Part shown: in pieces, positions 10,607 to 24,486 of the stretch | How positions within the stretch are numbered: the first letter of the stretch is position 1 | How the letters are laid out: every line of letters begins with the position of its first letter | Assembly: GCF_009834535.1 (NCBI RefSeq) | Contig: NC_045697.1 | Location: forward strand, 48,982,001 to 49,046,000 | From: Camelus ferus | Taxonomy: Eukaryota | Length of the DNA: 64,000 bases | Direction: 5' to 3' | The notes under the pieces: model-generated | What the model was told of the DNA's origin: nothing | The model's database searches: none | What the model saw: only the letters and a program-made list of their open reading frames with translations | Position numbers and translations under genes: made by a program

Positions 10607-13399
10607 CTGTAATCTCATTTAGTAATGGTAGAAATTGAGGCTCAGAGATGTGAAAAGATTGCCCCTGCTTTCACAGGTAACCAATAACAAAATTAGGTTC
10701 CCTGATTCTGAGTGATGTGCTGCTTCTGTACTGCCTCCCTTCGAGATGGTATTATGTGCTGATGAAGATTATCTTAAATAGAGTAATTCTATATTGCATT
10801 GTAATGGTCCCTGTATTTACTCAATGCAGTTTCAATCTACTTTGCTGTTAGTGGACCTTTATGAAACTTACATCTTCTTCCTAGATAAATAAAAAGATAG
10901 AGCTATTTATTATGAGAAAGTGAGCTGGTATACACTACTTAAATTATAAAGACAGCATTGTTATTTTCATGTTTTACTATCCCATTGTGTGGCACTGTGT
11001 ACCGATAGATTGAGGCAAATACTGTATGGTGAGACTGAGTGACTTATCTCAGTTAACTCTTACTCTTTTAAGGTATATATTCTATCTCCATCTTATAGTC
11101 TTACAGAGGTTAAATATTGTCCTCAAGGTCACAGAGATGGTAGATCACAGAGCTAGGATTTGAACCCTAACAGTCAATGACAACATCTAGAGAGAAGGAA
11201 TGTGATTGAGAAAGCAGACACCGGGAGTGATGTGAAGTTAATAGTAACAATTAGCAATAACTCAGGCAGTAAAGGGTTGCTCAGCAATAACTCCTCATTG
11301 CATTTCTGAGATTGTACCAGCCCAGATATGTGGTGTTTGGATCAATCTTGGGGTACCTGAGAATTTCCTAGGAAAACATACCTGCAGACTGGTTCTACGA
11401 GAGTACGAACCAGTTTTACAAAATCACTAGTCTCAGACTTCTGTGAAAGGTAGAGTGGTTCAGCATCCTAGGGGCTTCAGTCATTTGTTGATGAATCCAG
11501 GAACCTAAGTATAACACACATTATAAAGGAATCTTTCCTGATCAAAATAGAGCATAGATTCTAAATCGACTTACTACAGAGATTGTCACATTCTACCCCA
11601 GTCACAGGAGAGATCCACCTTAAGTAGCCACAAGGAAAGAAGGCAAGGTGAGGACTGTTCACATCAGGGAAAGTACAGGCGCACAGTCACTACGGCCTTT
11701 TGGGAGCCAAGGAGAAGGGATAAGAACCCAGGAAATACTTCTAAGCCCTGTAGGTGAACTGTGTAACAAAAAGTAAAGCCCATAAATTATTTTCCTCCAA
11801 AAGTCCTCTTTTTGTGGTCTGTGGTTTCTAAAGCCTTTCCTGCAACATTTCAATTAAATAACCAGAGTAGAATCTTTTCCTTAGCTACTACCTGTCAGAA
11901 ATTTAAGGCTCCTTTCAGTGTGAACCTGTCCATAATGTTAAATCAGGCAGAATTGTTCTTAATAATCTTGGGCATACTAGAAGAGGCCAAGATCTCATCT
12001 GTGTACTTCACTCAGAGATTTAAATCAAACACATGTAAGTTCATGTTATGATCCCCAAATCAAAAAGTGCAGCATTTTCACAATTTTTAACTTACTGAGG
12101 CAAAAAGACCTTCCTTTTTCCAGGAATCCTTAGTAATTTAGTAAGTTTTATGCCTGAGAATAGGAATAATGTTTCAGTTCTTATGGTGTAATGAAAGTAG
12201 AGAAACACAGAAAGATTTGACCATATATTCAGTCTAAAATAGTGAAAAATCTAGATTGCAAATACTTCTAAAGACAGGCTTCATTACCCTAAGGTACATA
12301 AAGGAACTGGCAGCATTGGCAAATAGAGGTGCTAAGCCTCTTTACAAATAAATGGTGGTTTTAAATTCTTGTTTAAGTAAATAAGCCTATGCTGTCTTCT
12401 TTAAACTGTTAATTTTCCAAGAAAAAGATTTCCCTCTGAAGACTGCAGCTCTTCAATGGCCTACCACCAGTCATTGGATACTGAATTAATGAGTTTATCG
12501 TCATTATCTTACGCCAAAGGAAAACATGGTTTTCATATGGAATATTCCAAAGTCAGACCTTTTCCTTTCTTCTCTTTTCTCTTCTCCAACTTCTAGTTCC
12601 CACTCAGCTTACCTTGCTTGTAGGTTCTGTTTTCTTCCTGATACGACTCTGGTATCAAGCAGAGGGCGTTAGTGTATGGTCCCCCAGCGCTGGGCTATGA
12701 TTCTGCCTGTCCTGCTCATTCCTTCATGCTTTTGATCTTTCTGTAATTTATGGTAATAACATTATTTAGTAATTTACATTTTCTTAGTGTCTTTCATCAC
12801 CCTGAAGAATCTCGAAATGCATCATTTTAGTGTTTAAGTTACTTAGCAAACATTCATGATAAAACTTGTTTAAATGAGAGTTTTTTTTTCCAAACAGCAG
12901 TTTCTTCTATTTAGAATGTTTAAGTTGCCTAGCAATCTTGAGTTAACATTCCATTTGTTATAATTCTTTATGGAATGTCTCCCTACCTAGTACTTATTTC
13001 CTAAAAATGATAGCACGAAACATATTAAGGTAGAATTTATCTAATTGTAGTTTTGACAGATGGCACCTCAGTAATCTAAAGAGAAAAACTGTGAGTGAAA
13101 TAAAAAGGAATTCTATTCCAAAAAAATCTTTTTAGCTCACAGGTTTTTTTAAAAAAAATTTAACACTGTGCTTACATTGTGAATTAATGTAAAAATGATA
13201 AGCAGTATGTTATATGTGATCTTTTTTCCATCATTTTGATGATCCTTGCCTATATCTAGTTTTTTAAAGAATCAGGATTCTGATTCATTAATTTGATGTA
13301 TTATTTTTCTGTTTTCTTCATTAAGAAGAAAACCATGTGCTTTCTTTTGTTATACTCTTTTCCCCTACCTTTTTGTGTTAAAAATCATTCACTTATTTT

Positions 13400-15750
13400 C
13401 ATTCTTCTTTTAAAATAGAAATAGGTGTTTAAATATCTTGAGGTTAGAAATTTTCCTCTTTGCATTGCTTTAATGTATCTCAGATTCTGATATATGGTGT
13501 TTTCCTTGTCATTATTTTTCAGAGATTTAAAAATTTATATTTTTATTTCTCTTATTACACAAGGGTTATTTAATTGAAGGCCCTTTAATTTCCAAGTGGA
13601 GAGAGCTTTTTGCTTTTGAGTTTTAATTTCTAGTTTTATTACATTGTGACTAGAAGGGGGGGGGTTGTAACATTTCTACTTTATGGAACCTACTGATCTT
13701 TTATTTGTGCCCTAGAATATGATTGGTTTTTATGAATATTCCATGTGCAATTGAAAGGAAGGTATATTCTCTGTTACCCAAGTGTAGTGTTCAATATATA
13801 TCTAAAAAGTCTACTTTAGTGATTATTTCATTTAAATCTTTTATATCCTTATTTAATTTTTTGGCCACTTGACTTACTGAATGGCCTGTTAAAGTCTCAT
13901 TATTACTGTGTTTCCAGTTCTTACTGCATCTAAGTGGTTGTTGTGTTAAATGGTACATAGGGTCAGAAGTAGTGTATCTTTATTGTGGATTGTGGCTTTT
14001 AACTTTCAGTGCCCTTTGTCTTATTTAATACCCTTTGGCTTGAAGACTACTTGGTTTGGTGTCAGGATTTTTAAAAAAAAATGTTATTGAAGTGTAGTTG
14101 ATTTGCAATGTTGGTTTCAGGTGTATAGCATGATGTCAGGATTTTAACCGGTGCTTTCTTACTGTTTTTATTTGCCTGGCAGATGTTTGCCCATCACTTT
14201 ATTTGTAATCTTTTTGAATCATTGCCTTTTAGTGTCCTCTGTGTACAGCAGAGTTGAATTTTTTTAAGAGCCAATTTGAAAATCCTATTCTTTAAATAGG
14301 CGAGTTAAGTCCCTTTGGGTTTATTGATATGACTGCGTAAATTCTGTCACATTATTATTACATTATTATCTTATGGTGTAATTACTGCATGTATTATATT
14401 TACTATGTCTATTTAGTATTTCTTCTTTATTTTTTCTAGTAGTTACATTTGCCTTAATGCTGTCTATGCTGCACTTATAAACCCTTTTTCTTAAAGTAAG
14501 AAACCCCTTTTGCTTTTTGTCAAATTTAAATGGCGTTCTTTACAACCAGTGGTCTTCTACCTTCCCTTTTGTTCTCTCTTCCCATCTTTAGTTACTTCTG
14601 CTCTCCTTTGTCACATATATAATATTGATATGTTATTCTTCAGTGCCATTGCCCCACCCATGTTTTAGTCTCAGCTCTGCAGCTGAATATTTAAGTGATC
14701 ATCATCAGTCTTTTTTCAAAGTTTTCCCAGTCATCATTTAAAAAAAATACTCATCCTTACCTGTTTTCCAAATTTTGCTTTGAAAAATTTAAAACCTACG
14801 GAAAAACCAGAGATTTTCACCAGTTGTTACCACCTTGCCACGTTTGCTGCTCATCTACTGGTTGGAGGAAGCTTCACCACCTAGTAGGTTCCCTGGAGGG
14901 GCACATGTGTACCGTGTTCTGGCACATTCAGAACTGCTTTTCTGTGGCTTTGAATCTTTTGAAGGAGGTGTTGGCTGGATATAATGTCCTTAATTGTACT
15001 CTCTTTCCTTATATTTCTTGAAAACACTGTTTTACTGTTGTCCTGCTTTGTATATTGTTTTTGAATAATCTGATACCATTCTAATCTTCTTGCCTTTGTA
15101 AATTATTTCATCCTTTTTTGCCTGAAGACCCTGAGAATTTTTTCATAATCTTTAAAGTCTTAATATTGTTTTATTAGGATGTATTTCAGAGTTGATCATT
15201 CTTGGTTGATTTTTCCCTAGTATGAAAAATGTGTAGATTTGAGTCTTTTGCTTTATTTTAGGAAACTTCCTTGGTTTATAGTTTTAAACAATAGTTCTGT
15301 TTCATTGCTTTGATTTTTTTTCTTCAGGGACACCAGCTGTGTTCAACCTCCTTTGCCTGTTTCCATCTCATTCATTTGCTCTCTCACCCTTTTTTCTTCT
15401 GTATCTCAGTTTTCATCTTCTTGGTTGTTTTCCTGACTTTCTTCAGTGTCTTTGTTAAGTTTACATCATGTCTATCCTCCCTTGTACTTTGTAATTTGGT
15501 TTTCATTTCTGATATAATTTTGTCTTTTTTTTTCTCTTTCTTTCATTTAATCAACTCTCATTTTGTTTGCTTGCTTTGTTTCTTGTCCATTTCTGTTTTT
15601 AGGTTTTATAATTCTGATTCAAGGGTGACTTTACTTTATCCCCAAGTGCTTGTTTGGGAATATTTGGTAAAGTTTGGAGTGTGTGTTACAGTTTTCTTTG
15701 ACTTCGTGTTTGTTGGTGGGGAGGGGTTGGGAGGGACTTCTCATGAGCAG
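13400..15750 (-). mobile_element. Ancient degenerate L1 (L1M/L1ME-like), antisense
   Basis: T-rich tract with L1 antisense motifs (tctagttttattacattgtgactaga, aatattccatgtgcaattgaaaggaaggtatattct). Confidence 0.6.
14072..14133 (-). mobile_element. Short antisense L1 3' tail nested in older L1
   Basis: ttattgaagtgtagttgatttgcaatgttggtttcaggtgtatagca; TSD TGTCAGGATTTT (14060-14071, 14134-14145) followed by AA, the canonical TTTT/AA nick. Confidence 0.8.
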
Positions 15751-17007
15751 AAAAGATTTTATCACATTTCCTGACATTTTGCGGTAGTTTTGTATGGATG
15801 TGGTCTATGGTCTACGCTTATCTATTCCTATTTCTTTCATGGACAGGACTCCTCGTCTGACAGAGCCATCTTCTGCGCTTCCTCTTGTATGGATGATGGT
15901 GATGCTGGGTGGGAGAGGTAGGAGCACTGTCGGCCTATCTTGCTTCTTTTTGTTTCTGCTGGTTCCTGACTTTTCCCTTCTCATTTCCTTCTTGCCTTTA
16001 CTGCCATGTCTTCAGGGGAGACCACCTCTTCTCTCTGTATCTGATTCTCCCCCAACACTCTTCTCTGAGGCTGACACTCTCAAGCCCTTTCTGCACAGCC
16101 GCGGCTTTGGACTGTCAAGTTCCAACCTGTGCTTGGTGTCCTGGCTTTTCTTGTTCACTTTCTGGAGGTGACTTTGTGCTTCCTCTCAGCCCTCTGCTCC
16201 TTGTAGTCTTTTCAACCTCTCCTCTCCTGTTGTCTGTACCCACAGGCCTGTGGTGCTGGTAGGTAGAGTGTGGGAGCACTTCTGGAAAAAATTCCCCTCT
16301 GCTGACAGGTGATTTGAAGATTGTGGTATTCTCTGTCTTCTGGGAATGCCGAAGGCTTGGAGCCCATGTGGTTTTATGTATTTGTTCTTCTTGTTGATTT
16401 TATGTTTTTTTCAGAGGATGAGGGGGGAGATTTGAAACCAGGTCACCACACATATTCTCCAAACCAGAAGTCCTCTCTTGGCATAATCTAAAATTCTGAG
16501 CACTACGTGATAGCAAAGTAGTTTTTAAACTTTTATTAATGATTTCCAATTTGCTGATTTGTGATTTCCCCCCTAATTTGTGGATTTTTACTGAGAAGTG
16601 TTTTCTTCTATTATTTGACAATACAACTTTATGAGAGAGACAGACATAAGAAGAGAAAATGTCTTCCCCAAATCAGAGTGTTGATACTCATAATAATTAA
16701 AGTGTTAGTTTTTGATTTTCAGGTTGTCTTCAGTCAGCTACTTGGCCATTAAAATAAGCAAATTTTACAGTAAGATTCTGTTCACTTGTTAATTTTAGAT
16801 AATAAAATTTTTCTGTGTAAATATTTTCCTGTTGAAAAATTATTACTAAATTTCAAATATGAACAAAGTCATTTCCTCCTCTGTGAACTTTTTTCATAAT
16901 ACCTTATTAAAGATTGCATCCCTGTCTTTATAGATAAGAACTAAAAGAACTAAGTAGGGAAGCATTCATACTTCAAGATCTCTAAGAAGACGTAGCAGAT
17001 ACTTAAT

Positions 17008-17077
17008 ATGGAACAAAAACCTTGTGAATCAAATAATGAAGATCTTTTATCAGGTAGTGGCATTACATCCAATGCAG
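17008..17077 (+). CDS. CCDC158: CCDC158 first coding exon (exon 3 spans 16934-17077): MEQKPCESNNEDLLSGSGITSNA
   Basis: Acceptor tttatag| at 16933, upstream in-frame TAA, AATATGG Kozak context, donor CAG|GTATGT; phase 1. Confidence 0.93.
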
Positions 17078-17107
17078 GTATGTGTTTTTTATAAAACTAA
17101 ATGGGGA

Positions 17108-17348
17108 CAGACTGGGAGTTTGAAATTTGTAGATCCTGACAGGCATATATAGAATAGATAAACAAGATTACACTGTATAGCACACAGAAATACATACAAG
17201 ATCTTGTGGTAACTCACAGCGAAAAAAATGCGACAATAAATATGTGTATGTTCATGTATAACTGAAAAATTGTGCTCTACACTGGAATTCGGCACAGCAT
17301 TGTAAATTGACTATAACTCAATTAAAAAAAGAAAAAAATACAAAAAAA
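17108..17348 (+). mobile_element. Young 5'-truncated L1 3' end
   Basis: Matches the reverse complement of 26600-26830; poly(A) tail; TSD core CTAAATGGGGA (17097-17107, 17353-17363). Confidence 0.9.
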
Positions 17349-18806
17349 AAACCTAAATGGGGAAAAATTAGAACTAAGCAGTCTTCATAATATTCATACA
17401 AACTGCTATTTTTTTCAGTACGTTTTGGTTTTAACTGCAGGGCACAGACCTCAGTCATGAATGTTTACCAGATGATTTATAATTCTGCTTTTTGAGGAAG
17501 AAGTTTTTTAGTCCTTTAAAAATAGCATATCTGTTATATTACTTTTCTGGTATGAGGATTCTTTCATATTGAGGCACTGAAGCATGTTCTGTGTTTATCT
17601 ACATGCCTCCTCTTCCTCGGTCTGCTCTAAGCCTGCACTCTGCATCATTGGCTTCTTTTCCCTTACTGCACCCCTGCCCTCCTCCAGTCAGGTACCAGGT
17701 CCTGCTCCCTCTGTTGTCAGAAATCTCTTGAATGCATTTTCTTTTTCATTCCCGTGATTACTGTCCTAGTTCAGGCCCCCATCAACTCTAAAGAAAATTA
17801 TTTCAATCAGAAGATAGCAGGCAGGAAAACTAACAGGTAGAGTAAGTAAGTGGCATTTCACACAGGGAACTGACAACACAGGTGTTGAAAGAGCTGAGAA
17901 GCCTCATGGAGAATGACACAACCCAGAGATGAGCCGCTGCAGGGAGCTGCCCCAGCCTGTGGGCTAGCAGGGCCCTGAGAACAGGAACTGCTCTACAGCC
18001 TAGAAGCCGGAGCTGGAACCACGGGACGGCCGCCTGCGGGAGCTGAAGCCACACTCACTGCCCGAAGCCCATCTGAGGCCAGAGAGAGGAGCAGTCCCTT
18101 AGCTTCTCCCCACCTCCTGCCTCCTCATCTTTCCCAGCACCTCCCTCTGCTAACCCACCAAGAAACGTTTGGGCAGGGGCCTGGGAAAAGCAGTTCTCTA
18201 CAACACACAGCAGGACAGAGATGGGACAGAGAATGGGTTTTCTGGCAGTCAGGCAGATGACCTGACAGCCCTGGCTGCTTTCCTTGTCTTGTCGCTGTCA
18301 TCTGAAAGAATGCATCTAGAATTTACGGGTCTGTTGTAAGTTTGTTTTTTCAGTTACAGTTCCGCTGTTTCACTGGTTGGCCTTAAAAACCTTTCTTTTA
18401 GCACCCTTATTTTGTAAAAGCTTCTGCTTCCTAGGTTGCTCATGCCATCACCACCTCCACCCAACTGTGCCCCTTAACCTGCTGGTTCCCCTCACTCACC
18501 TCCCCACCTGCACTGGGTCCCTCATCTCCATCAGGGGTGCTGGTCCTTAGCACATGGGCTGTGGCTCCATCCTCAGACACATCACGTCCCGTAATGTCGT
18601 TGTCCTCGTGGATGACTGTCTCAGACGTAGACTCGCAGCTTCCAGGCCTTTTTAGTTCTAATCGTTTTGACCTGTACTTGAGCTACTCGCTTCCCTGTCT
18701 TGGATCTTATGACCGAGAAGGGCTGGACCTGTGTAGTCCAGCCTCCTATCTCCCAGCACTCTCACTCCCTTCTTCCTACAGCACTGATTTCTCTGCCTCA
18801 TGAAGG

Positions 18807-18990
18807 TAGTGGTTCTCAACCATGGTCCCCTGTCAGAATCACTTTCTGAGATTTTTGAACTGTTAGATGACTTAGACCCTCACCTGAAGATCCTGAGTCA
18901 GTGCTGTGGAGGGGGACTGGAGCACCACTGCGTGTGTGTTTAAGCTCTGCAGATGACCCTGATTCACAGCCGAGGTGGAGCACAGCTGCT
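18807..18990. mobile_element. MER5-like hAT-Charlie MITE
   Basis: Begins tagtggttctcaac...tcagaatcac; internal gatcctgagtcagtg and gatgaccctgattcacagcc are typical of MER5. Confidence 0.6.
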
Positions 18991-21175
18991 GTGGTTCCCG
19001 TTGTTTTCCCTTAAACTATCAGCCTCTTCCTGTCTTCACTTTGTTTTGCGTCATTCATTGTTCCAGCCAGTTATTTGCCAGGATCCTCACCTCCTTTTTT
19101 TCCTCTTATTCTTCTTTGCACTCTTACAGGAAAACCCCAGTCCTTATCAGGCTGACTGCCATCTCCATTTTTGTACTGGGCTGCTGGAAGAAAATACACA
19201 AATGTCGATTTTCCACCAATTTGCCGTTTCAGAGTCATAGCCTCCCATCCCGACTGGGCCCTTGAAGCTGCTGAGGAGATCTTTCTCATGATCTTAGCCA
19301 GTTCTCTCTCTAAATTCCCACAGTACTTATTTCAAAATTATACCATTCTCTAGTCCCTTACCCTCCCACCTTCTTTCTCACTCTCAGATAACGTCATTTC
19401 CTAATGTCCAGAGAAAATGTCACTGTTTTTCACAGCCACGACTCTTCATAGTTCGGTGGGGGAGGGACCTTCTTAATTTGCTCTCCATGCCTTAATTCCC
19501 ACTCCCACTCTCACCATCTCAGCCTCCTCAGAGATTTGGCTCCAGAATCTCTGCAGAATCTTGGGCCCCTCTGACTCTGATTTCTTCCATCCCTTTCCAT
19601 TTGCACTTACCCATCAAAGTGAACATGCTAAATCGCTCCCAGTCTAAAAATACTAACAAGTAAATATACCACATCAAAACAACAAAAAATAAAACCTTCT
19701 CCTCAACCTGTGCTTCCTTATTTCTTCTTCCTTCATAGCTGTGCCTTCTGCAAGACAAGTCTGCGTTCACTGCCTTCACATCCTCACCATCCATTCACTC
19801 TGTGAACTACTGCCATAGGACTTTTGAACCTAGTGTTCCAATGAAATCACTCTGGCTGCAGTGACTAGATTTTCTCTTTTTTGCTAAGTCCAGTGAGCTT
19901 GTTCCCCTTGACCAACATTTTCTTTTAATTAAGAGTCCAGACCAGTTGTATTATGGAATGTCCCACATTCTAGATTTTTCTGACTGTTTCTCATGTTTAG
20001 ATTCAGATTAAACTCATTTGGCAAGAGTTTTATATAGGTGACATTGTATACTTCTACATCATACTTCAGGGAGCGCATAATGCCAGATCTCACTAATTTA
20101 AAGTTATAATTCCCCTTTATAATTAATAAGTCACCTATAGGAGGCCCTTTGAGACCTTGTGAATATCCTAGTACTAAATAACCTTTCATCCAATGGTTTT
20201 AGAATTGAAGATCCTCACCTGAATCAATTATTACATTGATGATTTTCTAATTTTAGGAATAGTTATCAGCTTACATTTTTCAGGAAATAAAACCTTTCTT
20301 TTCATTATTATCACTATAGATCCATAGATTGTTTTCGATTCAAAGTGCTGGAATGCATTGCTGTCACTGTTGTTTTTGATGCTCAATTGTATCAAATTTG
20401 GCCAGCCCCTTTAGGCCAGTTTCTGTGTTGTCTTAAAACATGACCCACTTCATTGCTTCCTGGCACATCAAAATGTTCCAGGCTCACATTGTACTTTGCC
20501 TGTTCCACCAGACCTAGAATCAGCCGTTCGCTAAGGAGCCCTGGTTTCTTTTAGTAGAAAGCAGTGTTCAGACACCAAGATGTCATGTGCATATTGCTAC
20601 TGACATGTCATTGTGTCTAGGAGCGGTCAGTTTCTAAAGCTTGGAATTAGATTTTTTTTATTGTATGTTCAAATTCAAATTCAGTACCATAGGGTTCTTC
20701 CTCATCTTCCCCCATTCCATATCTGTAATCTCCCTTACTGTGAAAACTCAAGTTTCAAAAACCTTCAGAATATTTACTCATTTTTTTCTTTCTACAGTAC
20801 ACACAAAATCATTTCAGAATTATAACAATACTTCATTAACAGCTTATCTACTAAGTTCACATATAGTTAGGTGCTGTGTTCTAAAGTTACTAGAAGGAAC
20901 TGTTTTCTCTGTGAGGTTATGTTATCAACTTACTGTGCACCTAGGTTTATTTGTTCCTGTTAGTATTCAAGTTCATTTTATTTTTTGAACGTGTATAACA
21001 TGTATTTGGCTGAAAGGTGAAAGCTTTATAAAAAGGTATGTTCAGTAGTCTTCCTACCATCTCTTATCTCTTCCATTCTGTTTCCACCCATCCCTATACC
21101 CCATAGATAGCTGCTTTAGTGAGATTCTGTCTTATTCTTACGTTGTTTCCTTTTTGCAAAATTAAGCAAATGCCA

Positions 21176-21207
21176 CACATACACATACACATACACATAC
21201 ATATACA
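21176..21207. repeat. (CACATA)n simple repeat
   Basis: cacatacacatacacatacacatacatataca read directly. Confidence 0.85.
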
Positions 21208-22863
21208 CTCTTGTTTCTCCTTTCTTACAAATAGAAGGGAAATTAACCTCCACCTATTAAAGGAGGGCATATCAAAGAATTTGTGGACATATTTTAAAAC
21301 CACTACAGTTTTCTTTCTGGTCACAAATTATTTACATTTCTCTCACATGCCAAATACATTCACTCCCCTAAAAAGTCCCCGAACAGTCTGATCCCACTGT
21401 AGCTTTCACTCAAACGCCAGAATCACTGAATCTAAATTAGATTCAAGTATGGATGAAACTCCTCAATTGTAGTCCTTTAAATATAGCTCCTTGAGTAGAG
21501 GTCCTCTTTATCTGAAGGCTTGAGACACCCAACATCCAGTGGGAGCCAGGCATAAGATAACCACTACCCACACTCCTATTGGAAAAGCAGTAAACATAAG
21601 CACATGTGTCTGTCACAGTTCTAAAAGCCAGCTGGGCACGAGGTGACCATTGCCTGATTAGGACTCAGGCCTGGGAGTAGTTCTCCGCGGTTCTTGGCTC
21701 TATCTACTGGACGCTTGGGTCTGACTTGGAGTGCTCCTTCCTTTTGCATGAAAGGTAGCATATGTTTTCAGCTGAGTGGCTTTTCTCAGCCTGCTTGTGG
21801 AAAAGCCTCATTCCATCTCACACTGCCTCTGTCCCTCAGTCCAAGCCAGGGGTGGTTCTTGAGTATAATACTCTAAAATCTTCATGCGTCTTCTGAAAAT
21901 CTTACTAGGTTTTACTCCCTCTGTCTTCTGTTTAAATATCAGTATTTCTTCAGAGCGCTCTTCTTGCTCTTGTCTCTTCACTCTGTTCACCGACCCTAGG
22001 TGATCCCACTGGCTCCAGGGGTTCACTAGCACTCACATCTCACATGAGGATGATTCACAAATCCTGAGCTCTAAAGCAAAACACTCTCCCACACGCCAAG
22101 TCCATGTACAGTATTTGCAAGTCAACATCATTACTTGAATGTTGCTGAAACCCCAAACTGAAGAGAAGTCTTTGACGTCTCCTTCTCTCTTACTTACTTA
22201 CCATACCTCTTAAATCCACGCCCTTGTTTCTGTCACCACTGCCTCTGCTTTAGGGCAGAGCCTTGCTGTGTCTTGCCTGCACTGTGGAAAGCCGCCTTCT
22301 ACTTGGGTTCTCTACCTCATTCTGTCCCCATCCAGCCACTCTCCACACGGAAGCCAGAGAGTCTAGTTAGGTTACCCTCTACTTCCAAGTCCTTTAATGA
22401 TTCCCTAGAGCTTTCAAGATGAAATCCAGACTCCTTGCTTGGCGTGACCAAAGGCCCTTCATGATTTGTCCTATGTTTTAATTCTCATATCTGGCCACGA
22501 CTTTCCTTTCACCTAGAATGTGCCATGGCGCCTCAAGACTCTCGGCCAATAAGGATGGTGCTCCCAGGGCCCGGAGTACCCTTCCTCTTCTCCTGCCTCC
22601 CAGACTAGTTTAGTCTTATCAGAGATGCTTCAAGGCTCATTTCCGTCAAGTGTCCCTTGGTCACTATCAGGTGAAAACACCCTTCCTCCTTCCTGACCTG
22701 CTCCTCCTCTTTGCCTTGTGCTCTGCTCTCTGAGAGATTTTCCCTGGTCTGTTACCCCATGAGACCTCGAGCTCCTTCAGGGTTCAGTAAAGGAATCACC
22801 AGGGACGATGTTTCCCACAAAATTATCTTATTATTGTTAATTAATTAATTCTTTAATATTTAG

Positions 22864-23081
22864 GTTCTTCGAGTCCATTTTTTGTGTCCTCTATTCGTGG
22901 AACAGTAATTGAAAACACGTCTTCAACTGGGACTTTGACACAGATTCCTTTTTTCCCTAAATATGAAGTGGAACTTGATTCTCACAGAAAAGCCATTCCT
23001 TACCCTGGAAAGGAGCACATTGAACGTGTTTTGGAAGAATATTCACATCAAGTCAAAGATTTGCAGAGAAGACTAAATGAG
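22864..23081 (+). CDS. CCDC158: CCDC158 exon 4 (GSSSPFFVSSIRG...QRRLNE)
   Basis: tttag| acceptor, GAG|GTGAGT donor, 218 nt, cumulative 288. Confidence 0.97.
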
Positions 23082-23320
23082 GTGAGTTGCATTCTTTTCC
23101 TCCAGTACCTGATGCTGTTTTGGGAAGACAGTGAGACACAGTGATTTGGAACAGAGCCTAAACTTCCTGGAAGAAAAACTTAATAATGGACTTATTGGTT
23201 AAACTGGTTAATTTGGCCTATGTGTTCTATTTCAGTATTAAAAATAGGGCTGATGAAAAGTCTACATGGCTATTTATTTTTTGTTAATAACTAGTCATAA
23301 TCTCTTGACCTAATTGTATA

Positions 23321-24486
23321 TTTTTTCCAGTTTTATTAAGAAAAAATCAACATATAGCACTGTGGAATTTTAAGGTGTACAGCATAATAATTTGACTTAC
23401 ATATACCATGAGATGACTACTGCAGTAAATTTAGTTAACATCTATCATCTCATATAGATTTTTAAAAAAGAAGCAGAAAATATTATTTTCCTTGTCATGA
23501 GCACGCAGGATTTAATCTCTTAACAGTTTTTGCATGTGCTGTACAATGGTGTTAACTGTAGTCATTATGTTGTGCATGACATCCCCAGTACTTAGGTATC
23601 TTATAACTGGAGGTTTGTACCTTTTGACCACTTCATCCAGTTCCCCTTCTCCCCACCACCCTTCTCTGGAAACTACAAATCTGATCTTTTTTTCTATGAG
23701 TTCTTTTTTGTTTTTTTCAATTGCACATATAAGCAAGATCATTTGGTATTTGTGTTCCTCTGTCTGACTTACTTCACTTAGCATAATGCCCTCAGTGTCC
23801 ATCCATGTGGTCACAAATATCAGGATCTCCTCCTTTTTATGGCTGAATAATATTCATATATATATAAGCACACACACATCACAACTTCTTTATCCATTCA
23901 TCTGTCAGTGGACACAGGTTGTCGCCATGTCTCGGCAATTATAAATAATGCTGCTATGAACATGGGGGTCCAGATAGCTCTTCAACATAGTGTTTTTCTT
24001 TCCTTTGAATATATTCCCAGAAGTGGTATTGCTGCATCATATGGGAGTTCTGTTTTTGGCTTTTTGAGGATCCTCCACACTGTTTTCCATAGTGGCTGTA
24101 CCAATTTACAATCCCATCAACAGTGCACAGGGTTCCCTTTTCTCTACATCCTTGCCAGCATTTGTTGTTGCTTGTCTTTTTGGTGATGGCCATTCTAAAA
24201 GGTGTGAGGTGACATCTCACTGTAGTGTTGATACGCATTTCCCTAATGATTAGTGATATTGAGCATCTTTTCGTGTACCTGTTGGTCATTTGTATATCTT
24301 CTTTGGAAAAATCTCTATTCAGGTCCTTTACCCATTTATAATTGGATTGTTTTTCTGTGATTGATTTGTATGAGTTCTTTATATATTTTGGATATTAACC
24401 CCTTATCAGATGTGTGATGTGCAGATACTATTTTTCCCCACTTCATAGATTGTCTTTTCATGTTGTTAATGTTTCTTTTGCTGTGC
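23321..24486 (-). mobile_element. L1 (L1MA-like) 3' part, antisense, with decayed ORF2 C-terminus
   Basis: Minus-strand ORFs 23954..24289 ([28 protein letters not shown]) and 23512..23814 (TTWMDTEGIMLSEVSQ) are L1 ORF2/3' remnants. Confidence 0.9.

Noticed and set aside
11253..11292. Repeated AGCAATAACTC resembling the T7 terminator primer region
   Set aside because: The match is only ~11-14 nt with no other vector sequence; chance or microduplication.
15310..16262. Hydrophobic 117-154 aa ORFs resembling membrane proteins
   Set aside because: Phe/Leu/Ser-rich translations of T-rich antisense L1 sequence; no splice or homology support.
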